DNA of 64,000 bases from Octopus vulgaris (Eukaryota). Under the pieces are notes generated by a model. That model was not told the origin of the DNA and made no database searches. It saw nothing but the letters and a program-made list of their open reading frames with translations. Location: assembly GCA_951406725.2 (NCBI GenBank), contig OX597818.1, positions 98,270,001-98,334,000 on the forward strand, given 5' to 3'. Position numbers and translations under genes: made by a program. This document shows positions 1-13,050 of the stretch, one piece after another. Within the stretch, counting starts at the first letter, position 1, and every line of letters starts with the position of its first letter.

Positions 1-316
1 CTCACCTACAAAGCCTGGTGGTCTAAAAACAAGAGCGAGATCTCTAACTTCCAATGAGGCGGGTGTTATTTCGAAATTATTTTCCTACAAGATGTCTAAG
101 AAAGACTTTGGCGTGGTGGAGTGTCTCGTGCTCCCAGCTGTTGGATGGCCTTTTACAATACTGACTTCATCCGTTCTTTGACAAGTTTTGTTTTGTGGTC
201 TAGCATGGGTGTTTATCAACAACCACCTCCCTTACTCAGATGGTTAGGTAGAGTTGCCGACGACCCAAACATGCGACAGGTTGGACTGAGTTACATGTTA
301 CCTGTAGGAACCACCC

Positions 317-540
317 GATACATACATACATACCTACATACATACATACATACATACATACATACATACATACTTACCTACATACATACACACATACATA
401 CATACATACATACATGCATACATGCATGCATACATACATACATCCATGCATACATACATACATACATACATACATACATGCATACATACATACATACATA
501 CATACATACATACATACATACATACATACATACATACATG
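317..540. repeat. (TACA)n microsatellite
   Basis: Direct reading; it explains the HTYI/MYVC ORFs. Confidence 0.95.
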
Positions 541-643
541 CAAACAGGGAGTGGCAATGTTAGAAAATAGGAGAGTTCTTTGCGATGAAAAAGGACGTAG
601 TTTAAGAAGTGCGCTGATACATGTCTGTGAAAGACCAAATATA

Positions 644-1206
644 TTGGGGTGTCCGGAAAATTCAGGCCGATTTTTAAAGGAAAGAGAAAGGGCAATAAAT
701 ACTTGCCGTTATATTTTTAATCAACCAAATATGAACCATTTTGTTGCACAATGCATCTCCATCTTTCCCTTAACTCGAAAATACCCTCTTCCCAGAATTG
801 AGGTGGTTTCATGGCAAAGAATTCATCAAAGTATCTTTTTACGTCATCCAAGGAATTGAAATTTTTTACCATTAAGACTATTTTGCAGAGACCTGAATAA
901 GTGGAAATCCGAAGGAGCAATATCTGGTGAATATGGCGGGTGGAGTAACACATCGCAGCCGAGCTGCAGCAATTTTTGTCTGGTTCCCAAAGCATCAAGT
1001 GCCGAAAATGAAATTTATCTTCCATTTTAAAGGGTTACAAAATTAACACAGCTTATAGGAACATAAACCTTCTTCCACGAAAAGATAGCTTAAATGTGAT
1101 CTAAATGGAGGTGTAGTTAAATCCTATTTTATGGACTCAACCACGTTCTAAAATAAGTCGAAAGGTAAGCTACTATAAATTGGCACGAACTTTCCGGACA
1201 ACCCAA
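644..1206 (-). mobile_element. Non-autonomous mariner (mellifera-subfamily-like) internal-deletion derivative, copy 1
   Basis: TIRs TTGGGGTGTCCGGAAA...TTTCCGGACAACCCAA with TA on both sides (642-643, 1207-1208). The minus strand encodes a transposase N-terminus (MEDKFHFRHLML) fused to the C-terminus (FFAMKPPQFWEEGIFELRERWRCIVQQNGSY). Confidence 0.9.
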
Positions 1207-1571
1207 TAAAATAGTAAATATTAATCATGGAACTGTCGAACATTACGGATTCCTTTCTATTGCAAGTATTAAAACAAATTCCCTGATCTGAGGGGCACTC
1301 TATAACTTAACCTCTATAACTTAACCAGGCATGTCCCGCCCAATGTATTTTCTGTTTAAACTGGTCAGATCTTGCTTCTCACACCTATCCGACAATGCTG
1401 TCATCGAAATCTTCACGCGACGAGATAATGCTTGATTAACTAAAACCAATGTGAATAGAAAAGCATTACCTTTCACAGAGTAATCTGAAAGCTAAAGGAT
1501 TAAGATACGGCGTCCGTATTACAACATTACATGATTTTCTTACCATATTTTTGTCCATATTGTAGCAATAT

Positions 1572-1756
1572 AGGGGCAGGAGTGACTGTGTGGTAAGTAG
1601 CTTGCTAACCAACCACATGGTTCCGGGTTCAGTCCCACTGCGTGGCATCTTGGGCAAATGTCTTCTGCTATTGCCTCGGGCCGACGAAAGCCTTGTGAAT
1701 GGATTTGGTAGACGGAAACTGAAAGAAGCCTGTCGTATATATGTGTATATATATAT

Positions 1757-1806
<50 letters not shown>

Positions 1807-2027
1807 ATATGTTTGTGTGTCTGTGTTTGTCCCTCTAGCATTGCTTGACAACCGGTGCTGGTGTGTTTACGTCCCCGTAACTTAGCGGTTCGACAAAAGA
1901 GACCGATAGAATAAGTACTGGGCTTACAAAGAATAAGTCCGGGGTCGATTTGCTCGACCAAAGGCGGTGCTCCAGCATGGCCGCAGTCAAATGACTGAAG
2001 CAAGTAAAAGAGTAAGAGTAAAGAGTA
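1572..2027 (+). mobile_element. Abundant SINE family A (octopus OK-like) with internal (TA)n(TG)n tract
   Basis: Head GGAGTGACTGTGTGGTAAG...GGGTTCAGTCCC (A/B-box-like), internal microsatellite and AAGAGT-repeat tail. More than 10 similar copies occur in the window. Confidence 0.85.
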
Positions 2028-2305
2028 ATATACGAAATTTCTTTTGATCCTTTTGTTCATCAGTCTCGAGAGGATTCCTTACTATCTTTTCGCTCATCAG
2101 TCCCGGGAGACTCCACGAAAGGTCTACGGTACTGCACTTCCACCTCTGACTAAGACACAAAGAAAAGGTGAAAAGAGGATAAGCTCTCTCTCTCTCTTTC
2201 TCTTTCTCTCTCCTTCACATACTCTCTCTCTCTCTCTCTCTGCCTCTTTTCCTCCCTCTCTCCGCGTGCACACACACACGCATGCACATCAATATTATAA
2301 GACCA

Positions 2306-2622
2306 AGGTGCATGGCTCAGAGGTTAGAGGGTCGGGCTTACAGTCGTGAGGTTGTGAGTTCAATTCCCGGATCAGGCTCTGTGCTGTGTTCTTTATTTCA
2401 CGTTGCTCTAGTTCATTCATCTGTAGAAATGAGTTGCTGCGTCACTGGTGTCAATCTGTATTCGATTTGCCTTTCTCTTGGATAACATCGGTTGCACGGA
2501 GAGGAGAGGCTGGTATGCACGAGCGACTGCTGGCATTCCATACACAACCTCGCCCGGACTTGTACCTCGATGTGTAAACTTTCTAGGTGCAGTCCTTTGG
2601 TCATTCACGACCGAAGGGGATC
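2306..2622 (+). mobile_element. tRNA-derived SINE family C, diverged copy
   Basis: TGGCTCAGAGG A box and GAGTTCAATTCC B box. The 3' body matches 28190-28380. Confidence 0.75.
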
Positions 2623-2949
2623 TTTAACCTTTTTTACCCATTGTAAGTTAAGTAAGAATGTAAACATATTACTACACCATTCATAAGAGAGGAAAAGGGC
2701 ATAGATTAGCTGCTCATAAAGTTGATCTATGGTATTGATTGGGAAATAAAGACAAGTAAATCTTCTCTGAGAAGCGGCCAACAAATCCTGAAACGGTCTG
2801 TCGCGAGACTTCCACCATATTTTTTCCACACAATCTTATAAAAAGAATACATTTATAGTATTATTTAACCGCAAGGTATTGTAATATTTTATAACATTTC
2901 AGTTCATTGATTAACGTTATTTTGTGAGTATATCTGTACATTTGTGTGC

Positions 2950-3014
<65 letters not shown>

Positions 3015-3098
3015 TGCGTGTATGTGTATGTGTGAGTGTGTATGTTCTTTTACAGATTTCAGTGTTTGTACTGCGGCCACGTTGACACAGGCTTCTAG

Positions 3099-3167
<69 letters not shown>

Positions 3168-3443
3168 CAAAGGAACATGGGCTCGGAACCGGAGGTACGT
3201 GTTTCTTGCACAGAACCCCTTATTTAACTTTAAATGCCTGCAATAGTTATTATTGTTTCAAACTGAAGTATAGACTACTTGAAAAGCGACAGTGAGATTC
3301 TGTAATATTCTTATCTCGAATGCACCGGCAATCCAAGTATAGTAAAATATTTGCGGTTTTGGCTTGGTGAGAATTTAATACAATCAGATTTTGCACTCTC
3401 ATGTTGCTTACACTATGTGTGTTTGTGTATGTGCGTGTGTGTG

Positions 3444-3480
<37 letters not shown>

Positions 3481-3689
3481 GTGTGTGTGTGTGTGTGTGT
3501 GTAATAAAATATTTTCAAAATCAACCAGTTTCGCTTATGTTCATAATGACTAAGTTGTTAGCAATTATGTGCGTAAAAGACAGAGAAAGACTGTCCTATG
3601 TAATAGCAGAAATGTAAAGTTCATTTTTTATGTATTAGATAATGCCCTATTTTTCGTACTGCGCTATGTAGTTTATGTTTTCTTGTGAG

Positions 3690-3752
<63 letters not shown>

Positions 3753-3776
3753 CAAACACACCCACCCACACACGTG

Positions 3777-3840
<64 letters not shown>

Positions 3841-3859
3841 CGTTTGTCTATCTGTCTGC

Positions 3860-3911
<52 letters not shown>

Positions 3912-3944
3912 GTTTATGTGTATATATATCAAAAAGTTTTCTTT

Positions 3945-4782
3945 TATGTATATCAAAATCTTTCGGAATAGTTGTTATAGTGCGCACTGAAAGCTAGCAG
4001 TGACCTTCGTGAGGCAGTGTGCTGAGTGTTTACTTCGCAAGTTGCGAAATTTGTGCTTTTGTGATCACGTTTATGTTGTAGTCCGTGAGTTTTTGTCACG
4101 GACAGGAAGGTGGAACAAAGAGCCAACGTGAGATCTTGCATTAAATTTGGGATGTCTGTTATAGAGACATTGAGCAGGCCTCGGCCAGCTTACTGCGATG
4201 ACGCAATGGATCGTACGCAATATTTCGTGGGAGAATCTACCTGGAAGATGATGAGCAATCTGGAAGACCTGCCACATTCCTCAACCGAAGAAATGTGGAG
4301 AAAATTCATCAGCTTGTGTATGAAGATCGCCGCAGGGCAATCAAGAACGTTTTGAAACGCGTGAGGGAGGACATTCGGTGAAAGTGACTGGATTTATGGA
4401 GTGCGAAGAATTGGATTATTCACGATGACAATGCTCCCTATCACAGAGCGATTCTCGTCAAGCACAACATGGTATCCCTTCGGCACCCGCCGTATTCGCC
4501 AGATTTAGCACTGGGAGAATTCTATCTCTTTCCCAAGATGAAATTTCATCTGAGAGGCCGCAGTTTTAACACCGTTGTAGAAAGCAATAGTGAATCGCAG
4601 GGGGTCTTCGACTCAATTACGGAAAAAGACTCCCAGGCCGGATTCCAAAAGTGGCAGGAACGTTGGGGGCTGGTGTATTGCTGTGCAAGGTGACTATTCG
4701 AAGGAGATGGTATTAAAACTTAGGTAAATAAGTTACTTTTTTTATTAAACTTAACTAGTCCGGGAACCTTTGACGCCACCTC
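3945..4782 (+). pseudogene. Decayed mariner element (transposase remnant)
   Basis: MEQRANVRSCIKFG N-terminus, HDDNAPYH and HPPYSPDLA motifs, with frameshifts and deletions. Right TIR AGTCCGGGAACCTTTGACGCCACCTC is followed by TA. Confidence 0.8.
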
Positions 4783-4802
4783 TAATATATATACATATAC
4801 AT

Positions 4803-4951
<149 letters not shown>

Positions 4952-5055
4952 AAGAGAGAAAGAGAGAGATTGAGATGAATAGGGTACTTAAGTTGAGGCA
5001 CCAGAGTTTAGTACGGTATTATCCATACAATTTCAAAATAAGATGATTAAAATCA

Positions 5056-5477
5056 AAATAAGCAACAAGGATATCCAGAGGTAATTCAGTACGATCGTTT
5101 CATGCAACTGAATTTAATTGAGCAATGCAATCATTACATCAATTTAAAATGTAGAGCAATCTTCAGCTGCACAAAGATATAGAATTTAATTAAATTAGAA
5201 CAGATTGACACATTAGTATAATTATACATAAAATCTCCAAGAAGTTAAGGAGATAGACAAAGAACATGTTATGTTGTACCTACAACAACAGGTACTTCTT
5301 GGAGATTTTAGGTATAATTATACTTATATGTACATCTGTTCTAATTTAATTAAGTTCTATATCTTTGTGCAGCTGATGATTGCTCTACATTTTAAATTGA
5401 TGTAATGATTGCATTGTTCAATTAAATGGAGTTGCATGAAACGATCGTACTGCATTACATTTGGATGTCATTGTTGC

Positions 5478-5483
<6 letters not shown>
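5056..5483. mobile_element. Fold-back element (about 190-bp arms) with an HHR motif in each arm; PLE-derived non-autonomous element
   Basis: Arms 5056-5245 and 5294-5483 are imperfect reverse complements. The right end abuts (TA)n. Confidence 0.75.
5368..5454 (+). ncRNA. Type I hammerhead ribozyme motif with extended stem II
   Basis: TGCAG-CTGATGA-[58-nt hairpin]-GAAAC-GATC-GTA-CTGCA. The antisense copy at 5086-5171 has CTGAAGA. Confidence 0.75.
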
Positions 5484-5514
<31 letters not shown>

Positions 5515-5539
5515 TGTCTAGGTCTCTTTCTCTCTCTCT

Positions 5540-5603
<64 letters not shown>

Positions 5604-5878
5604 TTATTTATTCATACATACATATAGCTTTAGGTCTTTGTGTAAAATTTCGTAATGAAAGTGAAGTAATTTACTTCCGATTTTGCTATTCCAACCTAAT
5701 AAATTTGTGAGTTGAGAAGAGTGGGAGAAAAAGTTACTGAGTTTGTGTCAAAGAGGAGCGGCAGTCGTAGATCGAGTACGAAGAGTGGGGTGAAGTGGAG
5801 ATAATTCTAGTTCAGTGACCTGTAATTGATGCCATTTATCTTAAACAAATCTTGATAAAAATACAACCTTGTTCCTTG

Positions 5879-5927
<49 letters not shown>

Positions 5928-6072
5928 CCATCATCAACATCATCGCCATTATTCAAAACGTCGTCGTCATCACCACTACCACCACCATCATCATCATCAT
6001 CATCACCGTAGTCGTCATTATCGTCATCACCATCGTCATCACTACCGTTATCGTCATCATCGGTGTTATCAT
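5879..6072. repeat. (CAT)n-type microsatellite
   Basis: Direct reading; it explains the poly-D/H/I ORFs. Confidence 0.9.
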
Positions 6073-6207
6073 CAAATACCATCAAATCATGCTCTTAATT
6101 TTCATCCAAGTTCAGACGTCTAAAATTTCGAAACGACTCTCTTAAAATATAAATTTTGGATTTTTTATTAGAAGTTTTAAAAAATTTTACTTGTAAATCA
6201 GGAACTA

Positions 6208-6774
6208 TTGGGGTGTCCGGAAAGTTCGGGCCGATTTTTAAAGGAAAGAAAAAGGGCAATAAATACTTGCCATTACATTTTTAATCAACCAAATATGAAC
6301 CATTTTGTTGCACAGTGCGTCTCCATCTTTCCTTTAGCTTGAAAATACCCTCTTCCCAGAATTGAGGTGGTTTCATAGCAAAGAATTCATCAAGGTATCT
6401 TTTTACGTAATCCAAGAAATTGAAACTTTTACCATTAAGACTATTTTGCAGAGACCTGAATAAATGGAAATCCGAAGGAGCAATATCTGGTGAATATGGC
6501 GGGTGAGGTAACACATCCCAGCCGAGCTGCAGCAATTTTTTTCTGGTTCGCAAAGCATCAAGTGCCGAAAATGAACTTTCTTATCTTCTATTTTAAAGGG
6601 TTACAGATATTTACACAGGTTATAGGAACATAACACTTCTTCCACGAAAAGATAGCTTAAACTGTGCTCTAAATGGAGGTGTAGTTAAATCCTATTTTAT
6701 GAACTCAACCACGTTCTAAAATAAGTCGAAAGGTAAGCTACTACAAATCAGCACGAACTTTCCGGACAACCCAA
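6208..6774 (-). mobile_element. Non-autonomous mariner deletion derivative, copy 2
   Basis: Same TIRs and TA flanks as copy 1. Encodes WDVLPHPPYSPDIAPSDFHLFRSLQNSLNGK. Confidence 0.9.
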
Positions 6775-6859
6775 TATATTACGGATATAATTTAACCGCT
6801 GCCCAACTGCAAAATTTCTGTTTTAAAGAGGGTTGAGGTAAAATTTTTCCCATGATTAA

Positions 6860-7092
6860 TAATCCTTTCTACAATTGGCACAAGACCTGAAATTTTGGGA
6901 AGGAGCTAGTCGATTAGATCGACTCTGGTAAGGAACTAGCACTTATTTCATCGACCCCGAAAGGTTGAGAGGTAAAGTCGACCTCGGCTGAATTTGAACT
7001 CAGAACGTAAAGACGGACGAAATGCCCCTAAGCATTTTGTCGGGAGTACTAACGATTCTGCAAGCACGCCGCTTTAACAACAACAACAACAA

Positions 7093-7183
<91 letters not shown>

Positions 7184-7382
7184 CCTTTCTATTGGTAGCA
7201 CAAGGACTCAAATTTGGGAGAAGGGATAAAGTCGATTACATCGACCCCAGTGCGTTGCTGGTTCTTATTTAATAGACCCCGAAAGGAAGAAAGGCAAAGT
7301 CGACCCTAGCGGAATTTGAACTCAGGCTGTAGCGCTAAGCATTTCGCCCAGCGCGCTAACGATTCTGACAGCTCGCCGCCTA
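6860..7382 (-). mobile_element. Two copies of SINE family B separated by (AAC/ACT/AAT)n
   Basis: Reverse complements of the GGCGGCGAGCTGGCAGAA...GCCTTTCATCCTTTCGGGGTCGAT consensus seen at 63829-64000. Confidence 0.8.
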
Positions 7383-7426
<44 letters not shown>

Positions 7427-7428
7427 TC

Positions 7429-8056
7429 GAAATATTAAAATTACTAAGTCTCTCTAAAAAAGATTACGGCAGCGTTACTGGAAATTAATTGTTATCGCCA
7501 CATTAATATGGCAGTCTTATAGATATAAGACTAAAAGCTGTCGCTGATTAGCTCTATGAGGCCATCGCCTTAAGATAGCTATTTGACACACAAACTGTGT
7601 CCATTATAACCTTCGAACAAGGGAGGTCAGCCGCTTCACACTGCCAGTCAGACAGCTACAGACGCGTTTCAGGGTATTTGCCCTTTGTCAATGTAGCGTA
7701 GTCAGACCCAGCAGGTGTCGCCACTGATCGTCTCTGTTCGAAGGTTTTATTTACCTAGTTTCGGTGGAATACATCCACTTGTTTTCAATAATAGAAATAT
7801 TAAAATTACTAAGTCTCTCTAAAAGAGATTACGGCAGCGTTACTGGAAATTAATTGTTATCGCCATATTAATATGGCAGTCTTATAGATATAAGACTAAA
7901 AGCTGTCGCTGATTAGCTCCATGAGGCCATCGCCTTAAGATAGCTATTTGACACACAAACTGTGTCCATTATAACCTTCGAACAAGGGAGGTCAGCCGCT
8001 TCACACTGCTAGTCAGACAGCTACAGACGCGTTTCAGGGTATTTGCCCTTTGTCAA
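7429..8056 (-). mobile_element. Partial tandem (365-bp period) HHR-bearing element next to (AAT)n; retrozyme or pLTR-like
   Basis: Unit 1 is 7429-7793. The near-identical partial unit 2 is 7794-8056. Confidence 0.75.
7655..7697 (-). ncRNA. Type I hammerhead ribozyme motif, U3:A8 variant
   Basis: Minus strand reads GCTACA-TTGACAA-AGGG(CAAATA)CCCT-GAAAC-GC-GTC-TGTAGC. Confidence 0.75.
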
Positions 8057-8400
8057 TAATCCTTTCTACTATAGGCACAAGGCCTGAAATTTGGGGGTAG
8101 GAGGATAGTTGATTACATCGACTCCATTGCGTAACTGGTACTTATTTCATCGACCCGTAAAGGATGAAAGGCAAAGTTAACCTCGGCGGAATTTGAACCA
8201 ATAATATAGCTAATGACGAAATACCGCTAAGCGTGCTAATGATTCTGCCAGCGGACACAAGATTAGCAATTTCTGGACAGTGAGAATAAATTTAATCTAG
8301 CTCAGTGAGTGACGAGTACCTTATTTCATCGTCCCCGAAGGAATGAAAGGCAGACTGACTTCCGCGCCTCTTGAACTCGGAACTTCAAAAGACGTAACTA

Positions 8401-8651
8401 TTGAGTTAGTGTATAATTATTGCGGCTTTTTCCAACAAATTTTATTCAACAAAACCAATAACTACATGTAACATAAACATATTTAAAGGATTATTCCGGA
8501 TCATATTCACCATCTACTTCACTTACTGCTTCCCATTTCCTTAGCAGATGGTCAGACCGTCATTTAAAGATATTTTTGCTAAATATTGTTCTTGTTTTTA
8601 TTGAATAAATTTTGTTGAAAAAACGTCGCACTAAATTACGCAGCAATCCAA
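8401..8651. mobile_element. Mariner-type MITE
   Basis: Imperfect TIRs of about 55 bp (TTGAGTTAGTGTATAATT... / ...AATTACGCAGCAATCCAA), TA flanks, and a trace of transposase C-terminus. Confidence 0.65.
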
Positions 8652-8774
8652 TAATTACATAATATCTTTTCCGAAACTTCACCGTCCTTTTAATTGTTTC
8701 TAATTAAGGATCTAATGATAATGCTGGCAACTTTGAGGGGAGGGGCTAGCATATGACTTGTAGTTTACTTTGGT

Positions 8775-9065
8775 TGACCAAGGCCTTGTGAGTGGATTCG
8801 GTAGGCAGAAACTAAAAGAAGCCCATCGTATGTATGTTTATGTGTGTGTGTCTTTGTGTCTGTGTTTGTTCTCCACCACCGCTTGACAACCGGTGTTGGT
8901 GTGTTTACGTTCCCCGTAACTAAGCAGTTCGCTACAAGAGACCTATAGAATAAATACCAAGCTTTCCAAGAGTCTAATAAATTCTGGGGTCGCTTTGTTC
9001 GTCTAAAATTCGTCAAGGCGGTAACCGAACATGCCTGCAGTCTAATTACTGAAACAAGTAACAAA
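8775..9065 (+). mobile_element. SINE family A, 5'-truncated
   Basis: GCCTTGTGAGTGGATT...ACTGAAACAAGTAA similarity to 1572-2027. Confidence 0.75.
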
Positions 9066-11909
9066 AAAAAAAAAATACAAAAGTTATCATTATCCTAAAT
9101 ATTTTTATAGAGCATATAGCTTATGGTCCCTGAAACTATTAATTATTGATCTCAGAGGCGGATAGATCGGCAGAATCATTAGCGTGCCGGATAAAACTCC
9201 TTGTGATGTTTCTTCCAGATTGCTACGTTCGAAGTTCAATATCCCACCGAGGTCAATTTTGCCTTTTGTTTTTCCTAACTCAATAAAGTAAACTACAAGT
9301 CATATGCTAGCCAATTTATCGACCTCTGTGGTGGAACTGGGATGACGACATGCATAGTGGACCATTGTGGGTACTGGACTCGGCATAAAGAACAGGAATA
9401 CATGCCATAAGGTAGTATTTTTGAACCCATTGTTTTGAATCGATGAAATACGTACTAGTTGAGCACTGGGGTCAATGTGATAGACTTACTCCCCATCCGT
9501 CATTGCTGGCCTTGTGCCAAAATTTGAAACCGATATTATTATTGGTGACAAAGCCGAGGAGCAATAAAAAAAGAGGTGGTGGGGAAGACGGAGGACGCGG
9601 TTGGTGATGATTACAACGACGACAATGATGAGGACGGCGACCACGATAAGAAAGAGAAGGGGGAGATAGAGGAAGAAAAGAGAAGAGACGTGCGATCCGT
9701 CTCGTATCGCAAACCTGTTGAGTAAGCGTGACTGACGGTGTAATAGAAACCGACAGTGAAGCGATAAGTACAAATGAATGGGAGTGAGAGGTGGGGTTGC
9801 TTAGAAAGAGATAAAAAGATTTGTTAGAATACAGGGACATCCTCCTATCAGTACAGCTGGCTCTGTCATTCTAGCTAAGAACTTTAAAGATATTCTTGGC
9901 GAATAGGTGTGGCGGTTACTTGATTACTTTATTACCAGGGCAGTTCGACGATGTGTCTTATTTATTTATAGTAATACGATTAGGTTTCAATGCCGACCTG
10001 CACTATCTTCAGGTAAACACCACCTCACTTGACTCAGCGATATAGTTACCTTTTTATATTTTTATTTAATATATTATACCTGTAGTGGGAGGGAATAACT
10101 ATCAACAAATCTATATTACTTTCTTCCCTACGATATTAGGTGTGTATTTATTATTGTTATTATACTCTAATGAGGGGCAAGGAAAAGGTAATGAAAAGAG
10201 GATATTAACTGCGTGACTCATACACACACACACACACATATTGTCTGTGAATCATTATATATACATACATATGTGTCTGTGTGCGTATGCATGTGGGTGT
10301 GTGGCTGTCCATTTTGTACGTGTGTACGTTCATATAAGCTAAATAAACACAAAAAATGATACGGCTAATTTCAAATGTATCTGTCTAATCACGTGCTATT
10401 GGTTCAATAGAGTGTGTTTGTGAAGGGTACATAAGACTTCCGAGGATTTTTATTTATTTATTTAGGCTTTTGAGTTCGAGGTGAATGACCTTATTTTTGA
10501 GATATTTACTCAGTGAAATTGATCTGTAACAAATTGCATTTGCTATGAATCAATTTTATATTAAAGTCATAGAGAAATAGTTTCTAACAGGTGCATATGC
10601 TGAGGTGCAGAGGAAATAGTAGACTTTCAGAAGTTAAAAGAATTGTAAACAGTTTAACCTAAAAGGTAAAGGATTCCTGAAATTGGTGTGAAAACTCTAA
10701 CTCGTGAGCTCTTTCATTCTATAGAGCAAATGTTTTTCCTATAAAAAAATTACTGGTCTTGTGCTTAAATCTGAAATTACAAGGTAGGGTTGTTAGCGCG
10801 TCGGACAAAACGCTCAGTGGAATTTTTCCGGCTCTTTACGTTCTATCTTCAAATATCACCGAAATCAATGTTACCTTATCTCCTTTTGGGGTCGATAAAA
10901 GGAAATATCAATCAAATGCTGGGGTCAATGGTATCACTTAACCCTCTTCTCCTAAAGCTGCTGGACAAGTTCTCGAACGTAAAGAGCCGGAAAAAATTCC
11001 ACTGAGCGTTTTGTCCGACGCGCTAACGACGCTGCCTTGTAATTTCAGATTTAAGCGCAAGACCAGTAATTTTTTTGAGGGTGGAGAGAATTAGTCGATA
11101 CCATTGAATCCTGTACTTTGGATTATTGACCTCCAAAACGATGAAAAGTAAAGTTAATCTCGGCGGGATTTGAACTCAGAATGTAAAGAGCTATGATTAA
11201 ATACCAGAAGGCATTTTGTCAGAGTCTCTGCCAATTTAATACCATCAGTAATAACAAGTCCTAATTTAGAAACAAGGTCAGCAATGTTTGAAGGGAGAAG
11301 TGGTAGGCGATGATATCAATTAGTCTTAACAAGTGCTTTATTTCATCGAGCTCAAAAAAAAAAAGAAAAGGTAAAAAGTTGTCCTCGGAGGAATTTGAAC
11401 CAGCATAGCAAGACATTTTGGTAACATTCTAACGATTCTTTCATCACCCTAAGAATAATACGAGTCATTTCTTATTAGGCTGAAAACCAGCCGTATTGAG
11501 GAGAAGGGTTTAGTCGATTGTATTGACGCCAGTGGAATGAAAGGCAGAGTTGATTTCAACGAGCTTTGAACTCAGAACGTAAAGAACCACAAGAAATGCT
11601 GTAAGATATTTTATCCGATGTTCCAAGAGACGATAATGTGTCCCTAAAATTAATGGAGACATTTTCGAAATATAAAAATCTGGAAATTTAGATGCCAAAA
11701 TGTGGTGAGTGAAAACTGAAACAATCTTTATGATAATCCTTTCTACTAAAGACACAAGGTCTGAAATTTGAGGAAAGGGGACTAGTTGATTACATTGACT
11801 CCAGTGTATCACTGGTATCTAATTTATCAACCCCGAAAGATGAATTTGAACTCAGATAGTTCGTCCATGAAGACGGACGAACTATCTTTATGATAATACG
11901 TTTGTCTTG

Positions 11910-12098
11910 TATTTATTTCTGTCACTGGACTGCGGCCATGCTGGAGTATTGCCTTGAAGGATTTAATCGACAAAAATCACACTAGTACTTGTTTTTAAGT
12001 CTGGTACTTATTCTATAGCTATCTTGTGTCGAACCACTTAGTTACGGGTGCGTACATAATCACCGGTTGCTAAGCAGTAGAGACAGACAAACACACAC

Positions 12099-12146
<48 letters not shown>

Positions 12147-12345
12147 ACACTCCCTTTCTCACATACACACACACAAACACACATATATGACGGGCTCCCA
12201 AATGTTTCCGCCTCCCAAATTAATTCTCAAACACTGGTCGGACAGGGGCCATAGTAGAAAACACTCGCCCAAAGTGATATGCAGTGGGACTGAACCTGAA
12301 ACCACGTAACTGCAAAGCGAGCTTCTTAGCCACACAACTATGCCA
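11910..12345 (-). mobile_element. SINE family A, diverged
   Basis: Reverse complement of the family A consensus with an internal (CA)n tract. Confidence 0.7.
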
Positions 12346-12472
12346 CTTTCTTTTGGGGTAGTAGGAAGGATTAAAAAAAATATTCAAACAAATGCGTACC
12401 TAACCCCCAGTACTTCGAAATATGCACAATACATAGAAAATAACACAGGTGAGTATTTCAGACATTTTGTGT

Positions 12473-12644
12473 AGGCGTAGAAGTGGCTGTGTGGTAAGTA
12501 GCTTGCTTACGAACCACATGGTTCTGGGTTCAGTCCCACTGCGTGGCATCTTAGGCAAGTGTCTTCTGCTATAGCCTCAGGCCGACGAAAGCCTTGTGAG
12601 TGGATTTGGTAGACGGAAACTGAAAGAAGCCCGTCATATGTATG

Positions 12645-12695
<51 letters not shown>

Positions 12696-12911
12696 GTATG
12701 TTTCTGTGTCTGTGTTTGTCCCCCCAACATCGCTTGACAACCGATGCTGGTGTGTTTACGTCCCCGTAACTTAGCGGTTCGGCAAAAGAGACCGATAGAA
12801 TAAGTACTAGGCTTCCAAAGAATAAGTCCTGGGGTCGATTTGGTCGACTAAAGGCGGTGCTCCAGCATGGTCACAGTCAAATGACTGAAACAAGTAAAAG
12901 AGTAAAAGAGT
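12473..12911 (+). mobile_element. SINE family A, full length
   Basis: Near-identical to the copies at 1572, 22190 and 45119. Confidence 0.85.
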
Positions 12912-13050
12912 ACTGTAAATTAAATAGAAGGCATAAAACCTAAACAAAACACAGAAACTATACAAGATGTATAGAAATGCATTCAGTTGTACTGTGAAAA
13001 CTTGCAATAAGAATAAAACAAGAATGTTAATCGGGCATATGCGGTTGCTA

